42,967 nt of DNA from Candidatus Eiseniibacteriota bacterium (GTDB lineage: Bacteria > ARS69): positions 1 to 42,967 of the forward strand of contig JBQTGV010000121.1 in assembly GCA_052390515.1 (NCBI GenBank), read 5' to 3'. The position numbers and the translations under genes were made by a program. The notes beneath the pieces are model-generated. The model was not told the origin of the DNA, did no database searches, and saw nothing but the letters and a program-made list of their open reading frames with translations. Below are positions 8,704 to 18,900 of the stretch, in pieces (position 1 is the stretch's first letter; every line of letters begins with the position of its first letter).

Positions 8704-10113
8704 ATGGACGAATCCGTGACCACGACGAGGAACAGAGGAGCGAACGACCGCATGTCCGATCCGGGAAAGCTGAGCCTCGACCAGGTTCGCACCGAGTGCG
8801 AGGCGAATGACGTCAAGTACGTGCAGCTGCAGTTCGTCGACATCCTCGGCATTCCCAAGTGCGTGGAGATCCCTCTTCTCCAGCTGGAGAAGGCGTACAA
8901 CAACGAGATCATGTTCGACGGCTCGTCGATCCACGGCTTCGCGCGGATCAACGAGAGCGACATGGCGCTGTACCCGGACTGGAGCTCGCGGGTGTTCGAG
9001 CGCTCGCCGGACGGTGCCGGCGGCCTGCTTCGCGTCATCTGCGACGTGTACACCGACAAGATGGGGGCCGAGGGCGCGCGCCCTTATGAGGGCGACCCGC
9101 GGGTCAATCTCAAGAACTGCCTGGCGAAGATCAAGTCGGAGCTTGGCTGGGACTACATGACCGGCTGCGAGGCGGAGTTCTTCCTGTTCGACGCCGAGGC
9201 GCTCGAGGAAGGCCGGCTCGTCACCCACGACGAGGGCGGCTACTTCGACGTGGATCCGGTGGACCGTGCCATCGTCGTGAAGCGCGAGATCACGAACCAG
9301 CTCCACGCCATGGGCTTCGAGGTGGAGGCGCTGCACCACGAGGTGGCCGCCGGACAGCACGAGATCGACTTCAAGTACGCGGGCGCCCTGCACACCGCCG
9401 ACAACCTGATGAAGTTCAAGGCGCTGATCAAGAGCGTCGCGCGGGACTACGGGCTGCAGGCCACGTTCATGCCCAAGCCGAAGCAGGGCATCAACGGCAA
9501 CGGCATGCACACGCACATGTCCATCTGGAAGGACGGGGCGAACATCTTCCGCGACGACAAGTCGCAGCGGTACGGGCTGTCACAGACGTGCCTGCACTTC
9601 ATCGCCGGGATCATGGAGCACGCCGCGGCCATCACCGCGCTGGCGAATCCGCTCGTCAACAGCTACAAGCGGCTCATCCCGGGCTACGAGGCGCCCACGG
9701 TCGTCGCCTACAGCCTGGCGAATCGCAGCCCCATGATCCGGCTGCCCAAGGCCACCGGGAACTCCAAACGCATCGAGGTGCGTTCCCCGGATCCGTCCAC
9801 GAACCCGTACCTGCTCTTCGCCGCGCTGGTGGCGGCGGGGGCGGACGGCGTCCTCAAGGAGCTCTCCGCGCCCGAGCCGGTCACGACCAACGTGTATTTG
9901 GAGTCCGCGGAGTGGCGCCGCGAGCGCAATATCAAGGAGCTCCCGGGCAGTCTCGAGGAGGCGCTCGACGCGCTGGAGAAGGATACGGTGATCCGCGCGG
10001 TCTTCTCGGCGCACATCCTGGATCACTATCTCGACTCCAAGCGCACCGAGATCGACGAGTACCGCCAGGTCGTCCACTCGTGGGAGCTGGAGCGGTATCT
10101 GGTGCAGTACTGA
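8704..10113 (+). CDS. glnA: Glutamine synthetase type I (alternative start 8752)
   Basis: GGGAGG RBS; MFDGSSI, GCEAEFFLF, HHEVAAGQHEI, FMPKP..NGNGMHTH, NSYKRLIPGYEAP, NRSPMIR, RIEVRSPD. Confidence 0.95.
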   Translation: MDESVTTTRNRGANDRMSDPGKLSLDQVRTECEANDVKYVQLQFVDILGIPKCVEIPLLQLEKAYNNEIMFDGSSIHGFARINESDMALYPDWSSRVFERSPDGAGGLLRVICDVYTDKMGAEGARPYEGDPRVNLKNCLAKIKSELGWDYMTGCEAEFFLFDAEALEEGRLVTHDEGGYFDVDPVDRAIVVKREITNQLHAMGFEVEALHHEVAAGQHEIDFKYAGALHTADNLMKFKALIKSVARDYGLQATFMPKPKQGINGNGMHTHMSIWKDGANIFRDDKSQRYGLSQTCLHFIAGIMEHAAAITALANPLVNSYKRLIPGYEAPTVVAYSLANRSPMIRLPKATGNSKRIEVRSPDPSTNPYLLFAALVAAGADGVLKELSAPEPVTTNVYLESAEWRRERNIKELPGSLEEALDALEKDTVIRAVFSAHILDHYLDSKRTEIDEYRQVVHSWELERYLVQY

Positions 10114-10213
10114 GCGGGCGGGCATGGCCCGCCGATGTACCGGCAGCGGCGCAGCCGGGAGAGAGCTGGGCGCGGCGCCCCAAGCCGTGCCCAGTGTAGT
10201 ATTCTGCGACGCC

Positions 10214-10504
10214 ATGGAACTGTCCGACGAAGTGCGCATGAGGCGCTCGGAGATCCTCGCGCTTGCAGAACGCCGAGGCGCTCGCAACGTGCGGCTCTTC
10301 GGTTCCGCGGCCCGCGGCGGCGCTCGTGACGACAGCGACGTCGATCTCCTGATCGACTTGGAGCCTGGGCGCACCGCGTTCGACCTCGGCGGGCTTCTCC
10401 TCGATCTCGAGGACCTGCTCGGCCGCCGCGTCGACCTCGTCACGGAACAGGGGTTGCACTGGTACATCCGCGAGCGAGTCCTGCGCGAGGCCCAGCCGTT
10501 GTGA
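10214..10504 (+). CDS. Minimal nucleotidyltransferase (MNT) antitoxin
   Basis: VRLFGSAARGGARDDSDVDLLI (GS...DxD) and LEDLLGRRVDLVT; stop overlaps the HEPN start (GTGA). Confidence 0.9.
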   Translation: MELSDEVRMRRSEILALAERRGARNVRLFGSAARGGARDDSDVDLLIDLEPGRTAFDLGGLLLDLEDLLGRRVDLVTEQGLHWYIRERVLREAQPL

Positions 10505-10770
10505 CCAAGGACGACGGCCTTTACCTGACGCACATGGAGGAGTGCCTCGGCCGGATCGAGGAGTACACCGCTGAGGGGCGTCAAGCGTTCCTCGGCTCCA
10601 CTCTGATCCAGGACGCGGTGCTGCGAAACCTGCAGACGCTGGCGGAGTCGGCGAAGCGGGTCGGCGCGCCGCTCCGCGAGCGCCACCCCGAGGTGCCTTG
10701 GCGGGACATCGCGGGGTTCCGAAACGTCGTCGTGCACGACTACCTCGGCGTCGATCTCGACACGATTTGA
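10501..10770 (+). pseudogene. HEPN (DUF86-like) RNase toxin truncated by an in-frame TGA at a position expected to be Trp
   Basis: YLTHMEEC..RIEEY, DAVLRNLQTLAESAK, VPWRDIAGFRNVVVHDY (RxxxxH); after TGA 10768-10770 the frame continues QVVEIWVPRLRPEV, resembling the normal DUF86 tail. Confidence 0.75.
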
Positions 10771-10818
10771 CAGGTCGTCGAGATCTGGGTACCGCGCCTT
10801 CGCCCGGAAGTCGCCCTG

Positions 10819-11127
10819 ATGAAGCTCGAAGCCACGACGCCGGCGCTCCGGGAGGGCGAAAGTCATCTTGCTTTGGACCCGGCAATGCTCGACAAGATGG
10901 CGGAGTGGGTCGCCGCCGGCATTGTGGGAGGTGTCGCGTATGCGTTGGTCAGCGAGCCGATCGTAGCCTTCGTCCGGCACCTGGTGCGTTCGCAAGGGCG
11001 AGCGAAGGGACAAGATTTGGAAGAACGTGTCTATCGAGAATTGAAGCGAGTGAAGCGCAAGCCTCACGTATCGGACGCGGACCTCAGGGCGCGCGCGAAG
11101 CGGATCTTCGAAGAGGCTGGTCTGTAG
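10819..11127 (+). CDS. Small hypothetical protein with one hydrophobic segment (start may be ATG 10885 or 10897)
   Basis: Open frame, same as the HEPN frame; WVAAGIVGGVAYALV hydrophobic stretch then a basic helical tail; more A/T-ending codons than flanking genes. Confidence 0.45.
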   Translation: MKLEATTPALREGESHLALDPAMLDKMAEWVAAGIVGGVAYALVSEPIVAFVRHLVRSQGRAKGQDLEERVYRELKRVKRKPHVSDADLRARAKRIFEEAGL

Positions 11128-11488
11128 CTCGCGCACTCGGGGAACTTGGAGTATGCGACAGGCTTTTGATACGGCGGAACCCTTGGAGATCGTGCTGGAA
11201 GCACGGAACGGAACCTCCGAGCCGGATCGGCTGACGCTCACGCTGGCGAGCGACGGCATCTGCCGTACCGACGATGTCACCGTGCGTCTGGACCGTCGCC
11301 TTCCGTCGGGGCCGCCACCTCGGCGAGACAGCCCACGCCGAGCTCGAGCAGAACCCCGAGCGAGTGCGCGCAGCGGCCATCGCCGTAGTTCGGGAAGAGT
11401 TCGAGCGTTCGGGCCGCGACATCTTCGACCCGCCCTCAGACTCATGATGTCTAGACGGCGCGATCGCCCTCGCGCTAGGTTGCCGCGT

Positions 11489-12088
11489 ATGGTGATCAAG
11501 GCTGCCGAGTGGGTCCCCCTGGGAGCGCTTCTCCTCGCGCTGAGCAGTTGCGCGGACTCGGGATCGACTTCCCGGTCGGTTCCACCCGCGCCGGCCGATG
11601 CCGCCGCCCCCGCCGATCCCGTCGCGCGCGGGAAGTATCTGGTCGAGGTGGCCTCGTGCGGAGAGTGCCACACGCCGTGGATCCTCGGGCCCAGCGGCCC
11701 CGCGACGGACGCATCGCGGCTGCTCTCCGGACATCCGGAGAAGGAGGCACACCCTCCGGCGAAGGTTCCCGACGGTTGGATGATGCTCACCTCCGCCACC
11801 GGCACCGCCTTCGCCGGACCGTGGGGCGTGAGCTACGCGATGAACCTCACGCCGCACGACACGGGACTCGGCGTCTGGAGCGAGGACCTCTTCGTGCAGG
11901 CCATGCGCCGCGGCAAGCACATGGGTGTCGGGCGCCCGATCCTTCCCCCGATGCCGTGGGCTTCGTACTCCGAGATGCCGGACGAGGATCTTCGCGCCAT
12001 GTGGGCCTACCTGCAGAGCATCCCGCCGATCGAGAACGTGGTGCCCGAGGCGATGATCGCGAAGGCGCCTGGTCCGGGCGGGGGCTAG
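11489..12088 (+). CDS. c-type cytochrome lipoprotein (one heme motif)
   Basis: Lipobox LSSC; ARGKYLV...CGECHTP; GPWGVSYAMNLTP; PILPPMPW (candidate Met ligand); TAGGTT -10-like box 7 nt before the ATG. Confidence 0.88.
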   Translation: MVIKAAEWVPLGALLLALSSCADSGSTSRSVPPAPADAAAPADPVARGKYLVEVASCGECHTPWILGPSGPATDASRLLSGHPEKEAHPPAKVPDGWMMLTSATGTAFAGPWGVSYAMNLTPHDTGLGVWSEDLFVQAMRRGKHMGVGRPILPPMPWASYSEMPDEDLRAMWAYLQSIPPIENVVPEAMIAKAPGPGGG

Positions 12089-12225
12089 GAAGCCGGCCGG
12101 CCCGACCGCGAATCGAAGCGCCCCCGCGCCCGCGGCCCGAGGGTCGACCGGCGGCTCCTCGCCCGGTATCCTTCGGGCGGACCGCCGGCTCTTTCCACCG
12201 GCGAAACCACCCTCGAGGTCTCACC

Positions 12226-13878
12226 ATGTCCAACGGCCACTTTCGAACGAGAATGCCGGCGAACGAGCCGGTGCTTTCCTACGCGCCGGGGACGCCGGAG
12301 CGGGCCGAGCTGCGTGAGGCCGTGCGCCGTCTCGGCTCGCGACAGATCGAGATCCCCCTCGTCATCGGCGGAAAAAAGGTCGAGACCGGGCGGATGGGCG
12401 AGTGCCGCTGCCCGCACGATCACCAGCACCTCCTGGCCCGCTGGCACAAGGCCGGCGCGAAGGAAGTGGACCAGGCCGTGGAAGCGGCGGCCAAGGCCTG
12501 GCCGGAGTGGTCGCGGACGGCGTGGCACGAGCGCGCCGCCATCTTCCTGAAGGCGGCGGAGCTGCTGGCCGGCCCGCACCGCCAGACGGCCAACGCGGCC
12601 ACCATGCTGGGACAGTCCAAGACCTGCCATCAGGCGGAGATCGACTCGGCCTGCGAGCTGATCGACTTCTGGCGCTTCAATCCGTTCTACATGCAGCAGA
12701 TCTACGAGGAGCAGCCGGAGAATTCGCCGGGCGTGTGGAACCGCACCGAGTACCGCCCGCTCGAGGGTTTCGTCTTCGCGGTGACGCCCTTCAACTTCAC
12801 GTCCATCGCCGGGAACCTGCCGACCTCGCCGGCGCTCATGGGCAACACGGTGTTGTGGAAGCCCGCCTCGTCTGCGGTGTATTCCGCGCACTATCTCATG
12901 GAAGTGCTGATCGAGGCGGGGTTGCCGCCCGGCGTCATCAACTTCGTCCCCGGCTCCGGCGGTGAAGTCGGAGATCCCGTGCTGGCCAGCCCGGCCTTCG
13001 CGGGCGTGCACTTCACCGGATCGACCGAGGTGTTCCACGGCATCTGGGGGACGATCGGCGCGAACATCGCGCGCTACGCGAACTACCCGCGCCTCGTGGG
13101 CGAAACCGGCGGCAAGGACTTCGTCTTCGCCCATCCGAGCGCCGACGTCGACGCGCTGGCCACGGCGCTCGTGCGCGGCTCGTTCGAGTACCAGGGTCAG
13201 AAGTGCAGCGCGTCCTCGCGCGCGTACATCCCTGAGAGCCTGTGGCGCCGGACGAAGGACGCACTCCTCGGCCAGCTCTCCGAGGTGCGCATGGGCGATC
13301 CGACGGAGTACGAGAACTTCCTGGGAGCGGTCATCGACAAGGGCGCCTTCGAGACGATCCAGCGCTACATCGAGTACGCGAGGAAGTCGGACGACGCCGA
13401 GATCCTGCATGGCGGCGGCTGCGACCCGAAGAAGGGGTGGTTCATCGAGCCGACCGTCGTCCTCGCCACCGATCCGGACTTCAAGCTGATGCGCGAGGAG
13501 ATCTTCGGTCCGGTGCTCACCGTGTACGTGTATCCCGACGGGCAGCTCGACAAAGCGCTCGGCCTCTGCGACCGCGGGTCGGCCTACGCGCTCACCGGGG
13601 CGGTCTTCGCGCAGGACCGGCAGGCCGTGGCGATGATGGCGGACCGCCTGCGTCATGCCGCCGGCAACTTCTACATCAACGACAAGCCGACCGGGGCGGT
13701 CGTGAACCAGCAGCCCTTCGGTGGCGGCCGCGCGTCCGGCACGAACGACAAGGCCGGCAGCAAGCTGAACCTCTCGCGGTGGGTGACGCCGCGCTCCATC
13801 AAGGAGACGTTCGTCCCGCCGAGGCACTTCGCCTATCCGTTCCTCGCGGCGGACGCGCCGTCGGAGCGCGGGAAGTAG
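12226..13878 (+). CDS. pruA: L-glutamate gamma-semialdehyde (P5C) dehydrogenase
   Basis: NEPVLSYAPG, QAEIDSACELIDFWRFN, TPFNFT, HFTGST, GETGGK, YQGQKCSASSR, EEIFGP, GTNDKAG. Confidence 0.95.
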   Translation: MSNGHFRTRMPANEPVLSYAPGTPERAELREAVRRLGSRQIEIPLVIGGKKVETGRMGECRCPHDHQHLLARWHKAGAKEVDQAVEAAAKAWPEWSRTAWHERAAIFLKAAELLAGPHRQTANAATMLGQSKTCHQAEIDSACELIDFWRFNPFYMQQIYEEQPENSPGVWNRTEYRPLEGFVFAVTPFNFTSIAGNLPTSPALMGNTVLWKPASSAVYSAHYLMEVLIEAGLPPGVINFVPGSGGEVGDPVLASPAFAGVHFTGSTEVFHGIWGTIGANIARYANYPRLVGETGGKDFVFAHPSADVDALATALVRGSFEYQGQKCSASSRAYIPESLWRRTKDALLGQLSEVRMGDPTEYENFLGAVIDKGAFETIQRYIEYARKSDDAEILHGGGCDPKKGWFIEPTVVLATDPDFKLMREEIFGPVLTVYVYPDGQLDKALGLCDRGSAYALTGAVFAQDRQAVAMMADRLRHAAGNFYINDKPTGAVVNQQPFGGGRASGTNDKAGSKLNLSRWVTPRSIKETFVPPRHFAYPFLAADAPSERGK

Positions 13879-13884
13879 GGCGAG

Positions 13885-14475
13885 GTGGGTGGCGCGGCCC
13901 GAGGCGGCATCGACGATCTGGATCGGAACGCCGAGCGGGCCGCCCGGCTGCGCAATGGCGCGCTGACGGGCCTCGGCCGCCTCACCGAGGAACAGCTCAA
14001 CTGGCGAACCGAGCCCGGCTCCTGGTCGCCCGGGGAGTGCGTACTGCATGTGAACCTGTCGAACCGCCTGTTCCTCGACGCCATCGAGAGACGGATTCAG
14101 GTGGCGCGGGAGCGCGGTCTACTGCGGGAAGGGCCCTTCCGCTACGGATGGCTGGACCGCTGGTTCGTTCGGGAGCTGGAGCCCCCGGTGCGGCGCCGTG
14201 TGAGAGCTCCGCGGATCTTCCGGCCCCAGCCTCGCCGGGCCGGGGCCTCCGACATCGCCGAGCTCGGGCGGCTCCTGCAACGGGCCGTCGCCGCAATGCA
14301 CGCGGCGAAGGGCGTCGATCTCGCGCGGGTGAAGGTGGCATCGCCGGTCTCGCCGCTGATCCGGTGGCAGCTCGGCACGGCCTTCCAGATCATCGTGGCG
14401 CACAGCGATCGCCATTTGCAACAAGCCGAGCGCGTGATGCAGAATCCGGCGTTTCCGGGAGGGGGGAGAGCGTGA
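13885..14475 (+). CDS. DinB-family protein
   Basis: LTEEQLNWRTEPGSWSPGECVLHV and C-terminal AHSDRHLQQA (His triad pattern). Confidence 0.82.
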   Translation: MGGAARGGIDDLDRNAERAARLRNGALTGLGRLTEEQLNWRTEPGSWSPGECVLHVNLSNRLFLDAIERRIQVARERGLLREGPFRYGWLDRWFVRELEPPVRRRVRAPRIFRPQPRRAGASDIAELGRLLQRAVAAMHAAKGVDLARVKVASPVSPLIRWQLGTAFQIIVAHSDRHLQQAERVMQNPAFPGGGRA

Positions 14476-14978
14476 GCCAGTCCAGCGATGTCTTCAAGCA
14501 CCTGACCGACGAGGAGTGCGAGGCGCTGATCGGGGAGATGAGGGAGTCGGTCCGGCCGATCTACAAGCAGCTGGAGACCGTCACGGCGGCCACGTTCCGC
14601 GTTCGCCCGGTGTTCCTGGGCAAGCAGCCCTTCCCCAAGCGCTGCCAGATGATCAAGAAGGCGATGGCGCTCAAGTCCAACTCGGAGGCGGCCGGGGACG
14701 TGCTCGCGGCGTTCTTCCTGGAGCAGTACTCCCAGGAAGTGGCCGAGCTGCTCGACGCGCTGGGAGTGGAGCACGAAGAGGGGGCGCTGAAGCAGGCGGC
14801 TCCGCCTCAACCGGCGAAGAAGAAGCTCGATACGGTCGTGAAGAAGTTCCTGGGCGGCGAGAAGCCGCTGATCCGCTCGGTCCTGGTCAAGAGCTTCGCC
14901 GCGCAGTCGGCCGTCGACTGGCCGGCGCTCGACGCGATGATGTTCCCGGCGCTGCAGGAAGCCGGAGAGGCGAAGTGA
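14472..14978 (+). CDS. Hypothetical helical protein
   Basis: GTGA overlaps at both ends, strong GC3 coding bias, protein-like sequence (LLDALGVEHEEG); no family recognised. Confidence 0.75.
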   Translation: MSQSSDVFKHLTDEECEALIGEMRESVRPIYKQLETVTAATFRVRPVFLGKQPFPKRCQMIKKAMALKSNSEAAGDVLAAFFLEQYSQEVAELLDALGVEHEEGALKQAAPPQPAKKKLDTVVKKFLGGEKPLIRSVLVKSFAAQSAVDWPALDAMMFPALQEAGEAK

Positions 14979-16513
14979 GCGGCACGGTGGTGCGGACCGA
15001 CCTGGGATTCCTCGCCGAGCTCGGCGTCGGCCCGGTGTCCGCCGGTGCCTCGCACGGAGCCTGGATCGACACGAAGGGCGCGGAGCTCGTGAGTCGGGCG
15101 CCCTTCGACGACTCCGAGATCGGCCGCGTGCGGCAGGCGACGAAGGCCGACTACGAAGCGGTCATAGCGAAGGCGTGCGCGGCGTTCGACCGCTGGCGCT
15201 TGCGGCCCGCGCCCCGGCGCGGCGAGGTGGTGCGCCTGCTCGGCGAAGAGTTCCGCCGCGTCAAGAAGCCGCTCGGCGCCCTGATCAGCTGGGAGATGGG
15301 CAAGATCCGCTCCGAGGGCGAAGGCGAAGTGCAGGAGATGATCGACATCGCCGACTTCGCCGTTGGCCTTTCGCGGCAGCTCTACGGTAAGACCATGCAC
15401 TCCGAGCGGCCGGGGCACCGCATGTACGAGCAGTGGCATCCGCTCGGCGTGGTGGGCATCATCACCGCCTTCAACTTCCCCGGTGCGGTGTGGGCGTGGA
15501 ACGCCATGATCGCCGCGGTGTGCGGCGACGTGTGCCTGTGGAAGCCGTCCTGGAAGACGCCGCTCACCGCCGTGGCCATCCAGAGCCTCTGTCATCGGGT
15601 GATGAGACAGCAGGACTGCGACGGCGTGTTCGACCTCGTGATCGGCTCCGACACCGAGATCGGCGAGACGCTGATCGCCGATGGGCGCATCCCGCTCGTC
15701 TCGGCGACGGGGAGCTGCCGCATGGGTCAACGCGTCGGCGAGGTCGTGGCCCGCCGCATGGGCCGCTGCCTCCTCGAGCTGGGCGGCAACAACGCCATCA
15801 TCGTGACCGCGGACGCGGACCTGGACCTCGCGCTGCGCGGCATCGTGTTCGGGGCGGTCGGCACCGCCGGCCAGCGTTGCACCTCGACGCGCCGCGTGTT
15901 CCTGCACCGCTCCATCGCCGCCGAGTTCACGAAACGGCTGGAGCGGGCCTACGCGTCGGTGCGCATCGGCAATCCGCTGGAGGAGGGCGTGCTCATGGGC
16001 CCGCTGGTCGACGCGTCCGCGGTGGAGGGGTTCGAGGCAGCGGTGGCCCGGATCCGCGCCGAGGGTGGCGAGATCGAGCGCGGCGGAAGGCGAATCGACC
16101 GGCCGGGCTTCTTCGTCGAGCCGACGCTGGTGCGCGCGCGGCCGGACATGGCCATCGTGAAGCAAGAGACCTTCGCTCCGATCCTCTACCTCTTCGAGTA
16201 CGAGAACCTGGACGATGCCGTCCGCTGGCAGAACGACGTATCCCAGGGGCTCTCCAGCGCCATCTTCACTTCCAGCGTGGTGGCGGCGGAGACGTTCCTC
16301 TCGCCGCGGGGCTCGGACTGCGGCATCGCCAACGTGAACATCGGGACCTCCGGCGCGGAGATCGGCGGGGCTTTCGGTGGCGAGAAGGAGACCGGGGGAG
16401 GACGGGAGGCCGGTTCCGACTCGTGGAAGGTCTACATGAGGCGCCAGACCTGCACCATCAACTGGTCCGGGGACCTCCCGCTGGCGCAGGGCGTGAAGTT
16501 CGACGTCTCGTAG
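14975..16513 (+). CDS. Aldehyde dehydrogenase family 7 (alpha-aminoadipic semialdehyde / piperideine-6-carboxylate dehydrogenase-like)
   Basis: [77 protein letters not shown]. Confidence 0.92.
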   Translation: MSGTVVRTDLGFLAELGVGPVSAGASHGAWIDTKGAELVSRAPFDDSEIGRVRQATKADYEAVIAKACAAFDRWRLRPAPRRGEVVRLLGEEFRRVKKPLGALISWEMGKIRSEGEGEVQEMIDIADFAVGLSRQLYGKTMHSERPGHRMYEQWHPLGVVGIITAFNFPGAVWAWNAMIAAVCGDVCLWKPSWKTPLTAVAIQSLCHRVMRQQDCDGVFDLVIGSDTEIGETLIADGRIPLVSATGSCRMGQRVGEVVARRMGRCLLELGGNNAIIVTADADLDLALRGIVFGAVGTAGQRCTSTRRVFLHRSIAAEFTKRLERAYASVRIGNPLEEGVLMGPLVDASAVEGFEAAVARIRAEGGEIERGGRRIDRPGFFVEPTLVRARPDMAIVKQETFAPILYLFEYENLDDAVRWQNDVSQGLSSAIFTSSVVAAETFLSPRGSDCGIANVNIGTSGAEIGGAFGGEKETGGGREAGSDSWKVYMRRQTCTINWSGDLPLAQGVKFDVS

Positions 16514-16578
16514 CGGCGGCGCCCGCGAATGAGTAGAATGTCCTTCGGCCGCCCTTGGTTTCACGGTCGAGGAAGCGC

Positions 16579-17796
16579 ATGCGAGCCATCCCCCTCTTCG
16601 TGCCGCTCGGTGCCCTCCTCTTCGCGGCCACCGCCCGCGCCGAAGTCGTCATCAACGAGTTCGATCGAGGCGGGGCGCTGGACAACGTTGAGCTGTACAA
16701 CAGCGGGCCGCCGCAGGACCTCACCGGCTGGCAGCTCGAGAACGGCATCGGCGACACGATCGACCTCGACGGCATGATCGGCACCGGTGGGTTCCGCAGC
16801 TTCGGCAAGGCGGCCTTCGTTCCCGAGGGTGGGCAGATCGAGCTCCTGGACGGCACCGCGGCGAAGCGGGACGAGGTCGCGTACGGCGATCAGGGCGGGG
16901 CGCCCCTGCCGCCGCCGGTCGGGAGCTTCTCCTGCGCGCGGCACGCCGACGGCGCCGACACCGGAAACCACGCCACGGACTGGACGCTGGACCGTACCAA
17001 GACGCTCGGCGCGAGCAACACCGTTCCCTCGCCCACGCTCGGAGCGAGGTCAGGCGTCATGAACGAGCTGGGCCGGCTCGGCGGCGGTCCGAGCCGTTCT
17101 GCCACGTGCATCGCCTTCCCGCGAGTCGAGCTCTACAATCGCGCGGACACGACCGAGTCGGTCACCGGATGGTTCCTGACCGACGGCCGGGACACGCTGA
17201 CGCTCTCCGGGACGATCGCTCCCGAAAGCGTCCTGGTCTTCTCCGCGTTCCCCGGGAACTTCTGCTTCGAGCAGACCCACGTGATCTACCTGTTCGACGA
17301 GATGGACCGGCGCGTCGACCAGTGGGGCATCGCCGGGACGACGCTGCCGGGCGCCACGCACAGTTGGCAGCGCGTCCCGGACGGTTCGGGACCGTTCGAC
17401 GGCTGGAACTACGCGACGAGCGGCGGGGACTCGACGATGTTCGTCCTCGATCACACCTTCGGGGGTTTCAATCCTCCGCCGGTCGTCGCCGCAGGGGACA
17501 TCGGCGCGGCGCCGGCGGCGGCGACACTCCTGCTGTCAGCGGCACCGAACCCTTTCCGGACGGAATCGACGGTGCTTTACGACCTGCCCGGGCAGGGTCG
17601 GCACCGGATCAGCATCCACGACGCCGCGGGCCGGAACGTGGCGACGCTCGCCACGGGCGAGGCCGCCGCTGGCCGCCACGCGGTGATCTGGGACGGCTCG
17701 ACGCGGGATCGCAGGCCGGCGCCGAGCGGAGTGTATTTCGTCCGGCTGGAATACCTGGACCGCGTCGAGGCGAGGGCGATCGTCCGCACGCGGTGA
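16579..17796 (+). CDS. Secreted protein with two lamin-tail-like domains and a C-terminal FlgD-type Ig domain
   Basis: Signal peptide ending ARA; two VINE...VELYN...GW.L units; APNPFR...IHDAAGRNVATL...WDG...SGVYFVRL tail. Confidence 0.8.
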   Translation: MRAIPLFVPLGALLFAATARAEVVINEFDRGGALDNVELYNSGPPQDLTGWQLENGIGDTIDLDGMIGTGGFRSFGKAAFVPEGGQIELLDGTAAKRDEVAYGDQGGAPLPPPVGSFSCARHADGADTGNHATDWTLDRTKTLGASNTVPSPTLGARSGVMNELGRLGGGPSRSATCIAFPRVELYNRADTTESVTGWFLTDGRDTLTLSGTIAPESVLVFSAFPGNFCFEQTHVIYLFDEMDRRVDQWGIAGTTLPGATHSWQRVPDGSGPFDGWNYATSGGDSTMFVLDHTFGGFNPPPVVAAGDIGAAPAAATLLLSAAPNPFRTESTVLYDLPGQGRHRISIHDAAGRNVATLATGEAAAGRHAVIWDGSTRDRRPAPSGVYFVRLEYLDRVEARAIVRTR

Positions 17797-17824
17797 GCCG
17801 GCTTCCGCCAAAGGAGAGTAGATC

Positions 17825-18892
17825 ATGTTCCTGCCCGCCCTCTCGCACCGCCGCCGCCGCAACCGCGCGGCGAGCACCGTTCGGCTCTCCCTCTTCGCAG
17901 TGCTGCTCCTGGGCCGTCCCGCAGGCGCCGCGGTGACCATCAACGAGTTCGACCGCGGGGCCGCCACCGACAGCGTGGAGATCTTCAACAGCGGGCCCGG
18001 CATGGTGACGCTCACGGGTTGGACGCTCCGGAACAACCTGGCCGACACCATCGTGCTTTCGGGCGTGATCGCTCCGGGCGGGTTCGTCACCCAGGCGAAG
18101 GCGTCCTTCGTGCCAGAGGGAGGGCAGATTGAGCTGCTCGACGGCACGCTCTTCCAGATGGACCAGGTGTCCTACGGCGACCAGGGCGCGGCCCCGCTCC
18201 CGCCACTGAATGCCGGCTACTCCTGTGCGCGCGTCACCAATGGGCTCGACACCGGCAACCTGGCGACGGATTTCACGCTCGATGCGACGAGCACCTTCCA
18301 GGCCAGCAACAACCCGGGCACGCCGATGCTCGGTGGTCTGACGGTGAAGAACAACGAGGCCGGCAAGTCCGGCCCGTCGCCGTCGGACCGGGCCATGGTG
18401 TGCAGCTCCTCGTATCTGGTGGAGCTGTACAACAGCAGCGGCACGGTGAGCCTCTCGGGGTGGTGGCTGACCGACGGCCGGGACGTGATGAGCCTCACCT
18501 CTTTCGGCTCGATCGGACCCGGCGCGGTCAAGGTGATCTCCGGGTTCCCGGTGAACTTCTGCTTCGAGGAGACGCAGGTGCTGTACCTGTTCGACGGCCT
18601 CGGTCGTCGCGTCGATCAGTGGGGGTTCTCCGGCACGAGCCTCGCGTCGGCGTCGGTGAGCTGGCAGCGCTTCCCGGATGGAGCGGGTCCGAACGACGGG
18701 TTCACCTTCGCGACGAGCGGCGGTGGCACGAACGTGTTCGTCGTGGCGGAGAGCTTCGGGTTCCTGAACGGCGCCTCGCCGCCGCTTCCGGGAACACCCA
18801 CGATGTCGGAGTGGGCGCTGCTCGTTCTGGCGGTCGCGGTGCTGGCCACCGGAGTGATCGCGTCGCGCCGTCGCCGGTTCGCCGTCCGCTGA
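17825..18892 (+). CDS. Paralogous double lamin-tail protein with an IPTL-CTERM sorting signal
   Basis: AAGGAG RBS; shares INEFDRG, FVPEGGQIELLDGT, YGDQG.APLPP, NFCFE, VDQWG and WQR.PDG with the upstream gene; ends TPTMSEWALLVLAVAVLATGVIASRRRR. Confidence 0.85.
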   Translation: MFLPALSHRRRRNRAASTVRLSLFAVLLLGRPAGAAVTINEFDRGAATDSVEIFNSGPGMVTLTGWTLRNNLADTIVLSGVIAPGGFVTQAKASFVPEGGQIELLDGTLFQMDQVSYGDQGAAPLPPLNAGYSCARVTNGLDTGNLATDFTLDATSTFQASNNPGTPMLGGLTVKNNEAGKSGPSPSDRAMVCSSSYLVELYNSSGTVSLSGWWLTDGRDVMSLTSFGSIGPGAVKVISGFPVNFCFEETQVLYLFDGLGRRVDQWGFSGTSLASASVSWQRFPDGAGPNDGFTFATSGGGTNVFVVAESFGFLNGASPPLPGTPTMSEWALLVLAVAVLATGVIASRRRRFAVR

Positions 18893-18900
18893 ACCCATCC

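Noticed and set aside
10768-10770. TGA as selenocysteine or a genome-wide TGA recoding
   Set aside because: The position corresponds to Trp rather than Cys, and TGA is the normal stop of many intact genes in this window
11153-11488. N-terminal extension of the cytochrome c, or a separate gene starting MRQAFDTAEPLE
   Set aside because: The lipoprotein signal begins at 11489; the first ~50 codons look vaguely protein-like but match nothing I recognise, so at most a fragment
11489-12088. Multiheme or diheme cytochrome
   Set aside because: Only one CxxCH motif is present
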